Assembly: GCA_965247095.1 (NCBI GenBank)
Contig: OZ251997.1
Location: forward strand, 1,408,001 to 1,472,000
Direction: 5' to 3'
Origin: Candidatus Multivorans sp.
GTDB taxonomy: Bacteria; Acidobacteriota; Thermoanaerobaculia; Multivoradales; Multivoraceae
Length of the DNA: 64,000 nt
Part shown: piece by piece, positions 9,480 through 17,604 of the stretch
Layout: each line of letters opens with the position of its first letter
Position numbering within the stretch: position 1 is the stretch's first letter
The notes under the pieces: model-generated
Told to the model about the DNA's origin: nothing
The model's database searches: none
What the model saw: only the letters and a program-made list of their open reading frames with translations
Position numbers and translations under genes: made by a program

Positions 9480-10586
9480 TCACTCGAACTCCGTTCTCTT
9501 CCCCCGGCGGAACAGGTAGTCGGGGCTGACCGCTTTCAGCTTCACCCGATCCCGGTGCAGCCGCCGGTCCTGTCGCTCCTCCTTGGGCGTGATGACGATG
9601 CCTTCCCTCATGTGGCTGCCGGACACGGTGTCGGGTCCGTCGCGGTGCTCTTCGATCAGATCTTCGCTGAACGGAGCAACGGCGAGTTCCGGCACCCGGT
9701 CCACGCCCCACCCGTCGGTTGTCCGGCAGAGCGCGTCGTAGCCCAGGAAGGAACCGGTCGCGGGCGGACCCAGGAACACGTCGAAGACTCTCAGCGACGG
9801 ACGCGCCAACCCGTAGTGCAGGTCCTGCACGCCACGGCCGAAGATCTCGGCCATGATGTGAACCGGCCCCTGAGCGAACTCCTCCACGCGGCGCCAGACG
9901 CCGGTGTCTCGCAACTCCTCCCGCCACGTCCGCAGATAGAGGTTGTTCTTGTTGTCCTCCACGTCCTTGAACGCCAGACCCTTCGCACCGAGTCCCTTCG
10001 ACGCCACCAGCACGGAGCCGTTGGGCAGATCGGCGGGGAGCGAGGCGCTGTCCGGCGGCGGGATGTAACTGAAACAGGCGTAGGTTCCGTGCAGTTTCTC
10101 GGTCACTACGACCATCTCGCCGGGTACGAACACGTCCGGGTACTTCTTGATGTTCTCGATGTCATAGGAAACGAGGAAACCGCCGACGTTCGCGACCTGG
10201 CCCGACATCGTTGTGGGGAGCTTCGGCTCGTACTTCGTGATGCCGTAGGCGGCAGCCAGATCGTCGCCGACCGCTGCACCTTCACCTGGCTTGAACACCA
10301 GACCCTGGGAGATCTCGCCGCGCAGCCTGACCGGCCGGACCCGGTCGCCCTTCTTGCCGCCGAGCCGGCCCTTGCCGGCCTCGCCGTCCCAAAGTCCCAT
10401 GCTCCTCAGCAGATCCTCCGGCACGATCGCGTTCTCCGGGATGTAGGCGACCCGCTCACCGGCCTGGTACTTCCCCTTGGGAACGACACAGCGATAGCCG
10501 CCGACGCGGGCCAGTTCAAGACGATCCGCGTTGGGGTGCACCTCGACCGAATCCAGCAGCACGACCGCAACTTCGAAGGCGGTCAC
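9480..10586 (-). CDS. ATP-dependent RNA ligase, DRB0094/Rnl2-like family
   Basis: N-terminal HPNADRLELA..G..VAYIPE..LRGEISQGL module; nucleotidyltransferase motifs I (TEKLHGT), III (AEIFG), IIIa (FDV), IV (REGIVI), V (KLKAVSPDY). Confidence 0.88.
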   Translation of the reverse strand: MTAFEVAVVLLDSVEVHPNADRLELARVGGYRCVVPKGKYQAGERVAYIPENAIVPEDLLRSMGLWDGEAGKGRLGGKKGDRVRPVRLRGEISQGLVFKPGEGAAVGDDLAAAYGITKYEPKLPTTMSGQVANVGGFLVSYDIENIKKYPDVFVPGEMVVVTEKLHGTYACFSYIPPPDSASLPADLPNGSVLVASKGLGAKGLAFKDVEDNKNNLYLRTWREELRDTGVWRRVEEFAQGPVHIMAEIFGRGVQDLHYGLARPSLRVFDVFLGPPATGSFLGYDALCRTTDGWGVDRVPELAVAPFSEDLIEEHRDGPDTVSGSHMREGIVITPKEERQDRRLHRDRVKLKAVSPDYLFRRGKRTEFE

Positions 10587-10965
10587 GAATCTCTCCCCTT
10601 GGAGGTCTTCAAGTGAATCGACGGCAGTTTCCTGAGCTGCTGGTTGCCAGGATCAATCTCGATGCCCATCGACTCGAGAGCCGTGACGCCCAGGAGCGGT
10701 TCCGTGCCTTCCTCTCCAAAGACGATCGTGCTGCCAATGAAGTCGCCCATGAACTCGAGCCGCGCGACCGTGATGCCAGCTTTACTTCTCGCCCGTCCGC
10801 CAAGCCGTATGTCCGTTGCCCCTTGGGGCGCAGGCCAATCGACTCCAGACGGGGCCTCGGTACGAGGGAGTCGACGGCGCCGGTGTCGACCAGGAAGGCG
10901 CCTTCCCAGCTTCGCGCGGCGTCGGCGGGGTTGCGAATAGTCACTTGAAGGTGGGTCAGTCCCAT
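10583..10965 (-). pseudogene. Clan AA (retropepsin-like) aspartic protease, single-base frameshift near 10775
   Basis: MGLTH...FLVDTGA catalytic motif in one frame; ITVARLEF..EPLLGVTALESMG..DP in the next. Restoring one base (ctg g[a]c atc) gives a continuous ~127 aa protein. Confidence 0.8.
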
Positions 10966-10985
10966 CTTTCGCGGTTCCTTTCTCA

Positions 10986-13900
10986 TCATGTTGGTCCCCC
11001 CCGACGTTCCATCCGTGCGCCCGCTGACAGACGCACGGACTGGTTCGCGCGCGGCGCGGAGCCGCGCCACGCGGGTTCTTGCTTCGGTTCCTCGGCCTCC
11101 GCGGCTTCAATCAGCGATCCCACCGGCACATCGAACACGGTCTTGACTCGCTGGTGCGCCAGCAGCTTCTCGAACGGGTTCTGGACCCGGAACAGTTCGG
11201 GCTCAGGCGTCGCGCAGTTGAGGACGGCGTAGAGCCAGTACTCGTCGCCCAGCTTGCAGGCCTGGGCCCATTCGTTCTTCTCGACCGGAACCGCGGAGCG
11301 AGCCGAGCGGCCCTTCACTTCGATGCAACGCTGGTCGCCGCCCGGCAAGGTCGACAGGAGGTCGAAACCGGGCCAGTCGGGCAGACCGGCCGCGCGGGCG
11401 AGCACAGGCTTGGACACGTCCTGGACATGGGCGCCAAGTTGGCGCTCCCAATCGGCGGCAATGAGGACCGCGATCTCCTCCACGGCCTCGTCGAACCGCT
11501 CGATGTTCTCCAGCCCGGCCACATCCTCCGGGCGAACGACAAGCGCGTGAAGCAGGAACCGGGCGCCGCCGGGAACGATGCCCCGCACCTCCTCATCGAT
11601 CCGCTGCAGTGCGAACCGGCGGTCGAGGGACAGTCGCCTCTGTTGCTGTTTCACTGCCTCGAGTTCATCGCCGTCGGACTCGCCGGGGCCGACACCCTTC
11701 CGCGCGAGCTTCCCGCGCCGGGAGGCCAACTCGGCCGCGCGCAGATCGAAGCCCACGGCAACGCGCCGCCGGAGATCCGGCGACTCGGCCTCACGCTTGG
11801 CGCGGAGGTCGGCAACCAGGTCCTGGAGAACGGTATTCAGGTAGGCGCCGGCCTGCGCGCGCAGCGCAGGGGCGCGCGACGCCAGCGGCGCCATGCCGGG
11901 CGCCAGACCGGTGCCGGAAAGCAACAGGAGCTGCTCGACGGGGCACTGAACCGGCTGGACGCCTTCTGGTTGCTGCAACGCCACCAACCGGCGGTCCACG
12001 ACTCGTCGATCGGCAACCGGAAGTACCGCCGAACCGGTCTGGGGCGACCCTTCCGGGCCGGATGCGGGCGAGACGCCCGCGTTCCCAGGGGCGGAGGCGC
12101 CGGCGGTCCCAGGGACGTCCTTCCGCTCGACCCGCAGCTCGGCGAGATGAAGGAGGTAGGGCTCCTCGGCCCTCGAATCGACGAAGATGGCGCCGCGCAG
12201 CGCCTCGTTGCCGCAGCGTGACTGGATCGCCGCACATAGGGCGTCAAACACCGGTTCACCGGGATGGAGCCAGATGCCGGTCTCGTCTTCCCGCGGCCGC
12301 CGAACAGTCAACCAGTCGCGCGCCTCGGGAGAATAGGCCTCGAGCGCCGGCAGCAAGGGGTCGAGCGCGCCGGGGCGGGCCGGCGCGAGTGCGAACCAGT
12401 CGTCCAGGTCGCCGCGAATCTCGACGTCGAGCAGGCGGGCGCCACGTTCCACCAACCGGCGCACGTGGGCGGGAAGGAGCTGCAGGTAGCGCTCTCGCTC
12501 CACGTCCGGTCGCAGGTCCTCGCCTGTCACCTTCTGTTTCGGCACGCCGTAGACCTCGGTGTCGCGCTCGCCGATCCGCCTAACCCTGGAAGTGCCGAGC
12601 GCTTCTTCTATCCGCTCAACAGCCAGCCGCTCGCCCTCCGCGGTCACGGCGTTGGCCATGAACCTGGTCAGCGACTCGCCCTCGAACAGGCGGCCGATGA
12701 CATCGAACACCTTGTCGGAGGCCAGTTCGTCGCGAATCTCTTCGAGCTTCTCCAGAAGCGCCTGCAACACCCTGCCCTCACGCGTGCTGCCCGCTACCAG
12801 GTTCACGATCCGGACCTCGAATTTCTGGCCGTAGCGATGGATCCGGCCCATCCGCTGTTCCAAGCGGGCCGGGTTCCACGGAATGTCGTAGTTGACCATC
12901 AGGCGGCAGAACTGCAGGTTGATGCCCTCGCCCGCGGCGTCGGTGGCCACCAGGTAGCGCGCGCCGTTCGGACGGCGAAAGGCCTCCACTTGGCGGTCGC
13001 GTTCCTTCCAGTCCATGCCGCCATGGATCTGCGCTGTCTGGCCCCGGTAGCCGAGCCCCTCCAGTCGCCGCACCAGATAGTCCACCGTGTCCCGGTGCTC
13101 ACTGAAAATGAGCCACTTCTCGTTCTGGTGCTCGGGCTCCTCCAGGACCTCTCGCAGGCGCTCGAACTTCGTCTCCCGCCCGGAGTCGACCAGCCGCCGC
13201 GCCCGCTCCGCCAACGTCTCGACCTGCCGCGCCTCGCGCCTCAGCTCCTCCGCACCGACCACAGTGACCGCGCCGAGCACCGCGTCCTCGTAGGCCTCGT
13301 TTCCCTCGGCCCAGCCGTCTGACGCCACGTCCTCGTCCGCGGCCCTGTCGTCGAAATAGTCGTGCCGGTAGCGCTGGCTAAGCAGCGCCTGCCTGCGCTG
13401 CAACAGCTCCGCGGTGAATTCGCCGCTCTCGATCGCGTCCGCGGTCTGCGCGAGCTTCTCGATCCGCCGTTCGAAGGAGCGCAGCAAAGCCCAGGTCGAG
13501 CTGGCCAGACGTCGCTGAAACACGGTCTTGGCGAGTTCCACCGCCGGCTGATTGTCCAGAGCGCGGCCGTAGTGCTCATCCAGGTACTGCGTCGTGCGGT
13601 CGTAGAGATCCTGCTCGCCGCTGTCGCCTCCGCTCAGTTCGTACGTGAACGTGCTGCATTTACGCTGCGGGTAGAGCGGCTCGCCGTCGACGCCAACCAT
13701 TTCCTCCTTCGTGCGGCGAAGGAAGTGCCGGTCGCGGGTCGGTTGGGGGGCACGGCGTACGGCTTCCACTGCCCCGAAGGCGTCGGCATCGAGCAGTCTC
13801 CAGAGCCATGCGTAGGGGAGGCTTTTGCCCATGTGCGGTGTAGCGGTAAGCAGCAGCAGATGCCGGGCAGTCCAGCCGAGCCCGCCAAAGGCACTACCCG

Positions 13901-14759
13901 AGTCGGCGCCGACAGCCAGCGCTTCGGCCAACTTGTATCGGAGAGTTCGCTCGACCCGGACACCCCGTTCACGCACGCCCAGCTTGTGGGCCTCGTCGAA
14001 AACGACAAGGTCGTAGGCAGGACCACCCGCTCGGCGAAGAGCCTCGAACATGGTCTCCCCTGCCAGGGTGTCCACGGAGACGATGACGCGATCGCTTCCT
14101 GCGCCGCGGAACGGGTTGCTCCCACGCGCGTCGGCGCCGGTGACGATCCGGAAGTCCAGCCGAAACAGGGTCTGGAGCTCCCGCCGCCAGTTGCCCACGA
14201 GACCCGCGGGCGGCACGATCAACACCCGCTTCAAACGCCCACGCGACAACATCTCGCGGACGTACAGGCCGGTCATGATCGTCTTCCCGGCGCCGGCGTC
14301 GTCGGCGAGCAGGAACCGCAGCGGATCCTGCTTCAGCATTCGCTCGTAGACCGCGAAGCGCTGATGCAGCAGCGGATCAATGAGTGACGTCTCGATCGCG
14401 AACGCCGGGTTGAACTGATGGCCGAAACGCAGTCGCAGGGCGTCGGCCACTGCCAGGACGGCCTCCGGATCACCGGCGAAGTCCATCGGAGCGCCGCCAG
14501 CGGCCGCCGTTGGGCGGCGCAGCCCTCGCATTGGTCGTGGCGCCGACTCGGCCGCCGCCTGCTCGGAGATTTGCGCCAACTTCTCCATCGCAAGCCGTTG
14601 CGGCCGCGACTGGCCGGACTCCCACCGATGGACGGTGATGGTGGAAACGCCCAGACGGTCCCCGAACTGTTCCTGGGTCAGCCGAAGTTGACCTCGGAGA
14701 CGCCGAACTTCCGTGCCGACATCAACCGGAGAGCCATCCAGAGAAGTGAACGCCGCCAC
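10986..14759 (-). CDS. Xre-HTH + SNF2/RapA-like helicase + DUF3883 PD-(D/E)xK nuclease fusion
   Basis: LRLTQEQFGDRLGVSTITVHRWESG HTH; LLADDAGAGKT, DEAH, TATPH, TDAAGEGINL, QRMGRIHR helicase motifs; GFDLLS..CIEVKG nuclease. Start uncertain (GTG 14759 or 14777). Confidence 0.9.
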   Translation of the reverse strand: MAAFTSLDGSPVDVGTEVRRLRGQLRLTQEQFGDRLGVSTITVHRWESGQSRPQRLAMEKLAQISEQAAAESAPRPMRGLRRPTAAAGGAPMDFAGDPEAVLAVADALRLRFGHQFNPAFAIETSLIDPLLHQRFAVYERMLKQDPLRFLLADDAGAGKTIMTGLYVREMLSRGRLKRVLIVPPAGLVGNWRRELQTLFRLDFRIVTGADARGSNPFRGAGSDRVIVSVDTLAGETMFEALRRAGGPAYDLVVFDEAHKLGVRERGVRVERTLRYKLAEALAVGADSGSAFGGLGWTARHLLLLTATPHMGKSLPYAWLWRLLDADAFGAVEAVRRAPQPTRDRHFLRRTKEEMVGVDGEPLYPQRKCSTFTYELSGGDSGEQDLYDRTTQYLDEHYGRALDNQPAVELAKTVFQRRLASSTWALLRSFERRIEKLAQTADAIESGEFTAELLQRRQALLSQRYRHDYFDDRAADEDVASDGWAEGNEAYEDAVLGAVTVVGAEELRREARQVETLAERARRLVDSGRETKFERLREVLEEPEHQNEKWLIFSEHRDTVDYLVRRLEGLGYRGQTAQIHGGMDWKERDRQVEAFRRPNGARYLVATDAAGEGINLQFCRLMVNYDIPWNPARLEQRMGRIHRYGQKFEVRIVNLVAGSTREGRVLQALLEKLEEIRDELASDKVFDVIGRLFEGESLTRFMANAVTAEGERLAVERIEEALGTSRVRRIGERDTEVYGVPKQKVTGEDLRPDVERERYLQLLPAHVRRLVERGARLLDVEIRGDLDDWFALAPARPGALDPLLPALEAYSPEARDWLTVRRPREDETGIWLHPGEPVFDALCAAIQSRCGNEALRGAIFVDSRAEEPYLLHLAELRVERKDVPGTAGASAPGNAGVSPASGPEGSPQTGSAVLPVADRRVVDRRLVALQQPEGVQPVQCPVEQLLLLSGTGLAPGMAPLASRAPALRAQAGAYLNTVLQDLVADLRAKREAESPDLRRRVAVGFDLRAAELASRRGKLARKGVGPGESDGDELEAVKQQQRRLSLDRRFALQRIDEEVRGIVPGGARFLLHALVVRPEDVAGLENIERFDEAVEEIAVLIAADWERQLGAHVQDVSKPVLARAAGLPDWPGFDLLSTLPGGDQRCIEVKGRSARSAVPVEKNEWAQACKLGDEYWLYAVLNCATPEPELFRVQNPFEKLLAHQRVKTVFDVPVGSLIEAAEAEEPKQEPAWRGSAPRANQSVRLSAGARMERRGGPT
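11010..11078. repeat. REP-like double-hairpin repeat (diverged copy) inside the 3' end of the helicase gene
   Basis: catccgtgcgcc..cgcacggactggttc..ggcgcgg..ccgcgccac matches the copies at 36393 and 58692. Confidence 0.75.
12061..12117. repeat. REP-like palindrome inserted in frame in the helicase
   Basis: atgcgggcgagacgcccgc-gttcccaggg matches tgcgggcgggacgcccgc (36370) and gttcccagggac (36457). It encodes the low-complexity peptide VPGTAGASAPGNAGVSPAS. Confidence 0.65.
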
Positions 14760-14802
14760 GGCGACGAACACTACCACAGCATTCCGTGATCTCCCTTTCC
14801 AG

Positions 14803-14820
14803 ACCTATCAAATGATAGAT
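14803..14820. promoter_or_regulatory. Palindromic operator candidate upstream of the helicase
   Basis: CTATCA-AA-TGATAG perfect inverted repeat, AT-rich in a GC-rich background, about 45 bp upstream of an HTH-bearing gene. Confidence 0.5.
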
Positions 14821-14856
14821 CGTGGACGCGACCTCCCAAGACGGCTACGCCGCAGC

Positions 14857-16263
14857 TCAGTGCCTCACGCTCTCCTGCGCCGCCTTGGCTGCCTGCATGT
14901 CGTCCTCGTCCGGCATCAGGATGAACTCGGGGTAGGACTCGATGCCGAGCTCGGCCATGTCCTGACCGAGTTCCTCGACCTCCGGCGAAACGCGAACGCC
15001 GATCGTCTTCTCGAGCACCCACCAGAGAAGCAGGGAGATCCCGAAGACGAAGACGCCGACGGCCAGAATGCCGACGAGCTGATCGACGAAGTTGCCGCCC
15101 GCCGCGATGCAGACCGCCAGAGTGCCCCAGATACCCGCGAACAGATGGACGGGGACGGCGCCCACGACGTCGTCCAGCTTCATCCGCTCGAGCAGGGCCA
15201 GGCCGGACACCGTGACCGTGCCGCCGACGGCGCCGATGAGCAGCGCCCAGTGATGGCCGATGAGGTCGGGACCGGCGGTGACGCCGACCAGCCCGCCCAA
15301 CGCGCCGTTGAGGACCGCCAAGAGGTCGACCCGGCCCAGCAGCGGCTTCGACAGGACGAGGGCCGCCACGACACCGGCGGCGGCGCCGAGGTTCGTGTTG
15401 ATCAGCAGGTTGCCCATCGCAGTGGCGTCCGCCGCGCCGCCCAGCGCAGGCTGCGAACCGCCGTTGAATCCGAACCAGCCCATCCAGAGGATGAAGACGC
15501 CGAGGGTGACGATCGGCACGTTCGACGGCGGCGTCGCCTTGACGCTGCCGTCGGACCGGAACTTGTTACGCCTCGCTCCAACCATGATGATGCCGGCCAG
15601 CGCCGCCCATCCACCGGTCTAATGCACGATGGTCGAGCCGGCGAAGTCCTGGAAACCGAGCTCCGCCAGCCAGCCGCCGCCCCAGGTCCAGGCGCCGACG
15701 ATCGGGTAGATGACGGCGGTCAGGACGGCCGTGAAGATGAGGAACGACCAGAGCTTGACCCGTTCCGCGAGAGCGCCCGACACGATTGAAGCGGTCGTGG
15801 CCACGAAGGTCATCTGGAAGAACCAGCTCGACATCTCCGAGTAGCCGCTGGCTACGACCGCCGCGGTCTTGTCCGCATCGCCGCCAAGAAGCGCCATCTC
15901 GTCCGCCGACGCTTCGAACAGCGGCGTGATCGAACCGATCCAGCCTCCGACATCGACGTACATCAGGTTGTAACCGATGACGTAGTAGGCGATTCCGGCG
16001 ATCGCGTACAGCCCGATGTTCTTGAGGCAGATCACCGATGCGTTCTTGGTCCGCACGGACCCGGCCTCGAGCATCGTAAAGCCGGCGCACATCCACATGA
16101 TGAACGCGCCCCAGACCAGGAACGCGTAGGTGTTGAAGACGTAGGCGACTTCCCCAGGCGCCTGTGCGCCCGCCGCGGACGCGGCGAGCAGAAGCACAAC
16201 GCCGGCCAAGAGCGCCTTGAGGACGATCCGTCGCGACGAAGGCGGCTTGAACTGGGGCTTCAT
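14857..16263 (-). pseudogene. amtB: Ammonium transporter AmtB with in-frame TAG at 15619-15621
   Basis: AGFTMLEAG..KN, FFQMTF..IVSGALAER, DFAGSTIVH*TGGWAAL, GWFGFNGGS, DDVVGAVPVH. Both halves are in one frame, separated only by TAG where Ser (TCG) is expected. Confidence 0.88.
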
Positions 16264-16290
16264 GTGTTCCCTCCGGCAGTTGGTGAAGGC

Positions 16291-16463
16291 CCCGCCCCCT
16301 CTTTCGAGGACCTGGACGATGCGCGGCCGAGTCTCGTTTACGCACCCGGCAAGAAGCGCAACCCATGAACCGATGGGCCGCACGGGATCGGCGCGTCCCT
16401 CCCCCGCGACTTGTCCATCGCGGCGACGTCTCCGTAGGATCGGTTCCCAATGCTGAGGCACCC
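16291..16463 (+). repeat. ~175 bp direct repeat, copy 1 (amtB/GT2 intergenic region plus GT2 start)
   Basis: Near-identical to 20062-20236 (ctctttcgaggacctggac...ggatcggttcccaatgctgaggcaccc). Confidence 0.9.
16357..16373 (-). promoter_or_regulatory. Putative sigma-54 (-24/-12) promoter of amtB
   Basis: Minus strand TCGGTTCATGGGTTGCG fits GG-N10-GC with TTGC, about 95 bp upstream of the amtB ATG. amtB is commonly sigma54/Ntr regulated. Confidence 0.45.
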
Positions 16464-17586
16464 CGGACCGGCGCCTGACGCGAGGCGCAACGAAACCGTC
16501 GATGCAGCTCGGGGAGTGAGCATTGTAGCGCCCACGTTCAGGGAAGCTGCCAACATCCCGACTCTCGTCTCCCGCGTGGCGTCCTCGATGGAGGCCTACG
16601 GCGCCCAATGGGAGCTGATCCTCTGCGACGACGATTCCGGCGACGGCAGCGAGGACATCGTGCTGGTGCTCGCGAAAGCCCTGCCGCTGCGCATCCACGT
16701 GCGGCGAAACCGTCCCCGGGATCTGTCGCAGGCGGTGCTCGACGGCATCGAACTGGCCCGATTCGACCGGCTGGTGGTAATGGACGCCGACCTCTCACAT
16801 CCCCCCGAACAGATACCCGAACTGCTCGCGGCCCTGGACGACGACTGTGACATGGCAATCGGCAGCCGCTACGCCGCAGGCGGCGAGATCGACGAGACCT
16901 GGAGCCGATACCGGGCCCTGAACTCCCGCGTGGCGACCTGGCTGGCGCGGCCGCTCATACCGTGCGCCGATCCAATGTCCGGCTTCTTCGCGCTGGATCG
17001 GCGCCGCCTCCCCCACCTGGACCGGCTCGACCCGATCGGCTACAAGATCGGCCTCGAACTCATGGTGCGGGGAAGACTCCGGGTGCGCGAGGTTCCGATC
17101 CGTTTCGACGATCGCCGGCAGGGGTCCAGCAAACTGAACTGGCGCCAGCGGGTCGCTTTCCTCCGTCACCTGGAACGGCTCTACCTGTTCCGTTTCGGAT
17201 TGCAGGCGCGTTTACTCGCCTTCGGCGCCGTCGGCGCCACCGGCCTGGTCGTCGACACCGTGGTCTACCTGGGTCTCCAGTGGGCCGGACTCGGCCACCT
17301 GCTCGCGCGTTTCCTGTCCTTCTGGCCGGCGGTGACCTGGAACTGGCGCCTCAACCGAGCTGTCACCTTCAGGGACCGTCCGCCGGCGCCCCGTGCTGCT
17401 CAGTGGGCCCGGTTCGCCGTCTCGAGCCTCATAGGCCTGGCCACCAACGTCGGCAGCTACGCGCTGCTGACGAGCCTGGTCGATCTCTTCGCACGCCAGC
17501 GCCTGCTCGCGCTCCTTGTCGGGGTCGTCATCGGCAGCGCGGCGAACTACGCTGCCGCGACGCGTTTCGTCTACGGGCGGCGCTGA
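16450..17586 (+). CDS. Polyprenol-phosphate mannose synthase-like GT2 fused to a GtrA flippase-like domain
   Basis: VSIVAPTFREAANI, DDDSGDGS, VMDADLSHPPE, GSRY, DPMSGFF, GYKIGLEL, EVPIRFDDR (Dpm1-like), followed by a 4-TM GtrA domain (FGAVGATG..NWRLNRAVTF..NY..RFVY). Confidence 0.88.
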   Translation: MLRHPGPAPDARRNETVDAARGVSIVAPTFREAANIPTLVSRVASSMEAYGAQWELILCDDDSGDGSEDIVLVLAKALPLRIHVRRNRPRDLSQAVLDGIELARFDRLVVMDADLSHPPEQIPELLAALDDDCDMAIGSRYAAGGEIDETWSRYRALNSRVATWLARPLIPCADPMSGFFALDRRRLPHLDRLDPIGYKIGLELMVRGRLRVREVPIRFDDRRQGSSKLNWRQRVAFLRHLERLYLFRFGLQARLLAFGAVGATGLVVDTVVYLGLQWAGLGHLLARFLSFWPAVTWNWRLNRAVTFRDRPPAPRAAQWARFAVSSLIGLATNVGSYALLTSLVDLFARQRLLALLVGVVIGSAANYAAATRFVYGRR

Positions 17587-17604
17587 CGCCGCCCCGACAA
17601 GACC

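Noticed and set aside
10765-10790. Programmed ribosomal frameshift in the retropepsin-like protease
   Set aside because: No slippery heptamer or homopolymer at the junction; a single-base deletion explains it.
796-14820. Defence locus as an intact mobile element or prophage
   Set aside because: No integrase, transposase, att repeats, tRNA or phage genes are seen, and composition is similar to the flanks.
14803-14820. Resemblance to tetO (CTATCA..TGATAG)
   Set aside because: Spacer length differs and there is no TetR or tet gene nearby; kept only as a generic operator candidate.
15619-15621. Amber readthrough, pyrrolysine or genetic-code reassignment in amtB
   Set aside because: TAG is used as a normal stop by many genes here, the position is a Ser in homologues (one change from TCG), and no pyl genes are visible.
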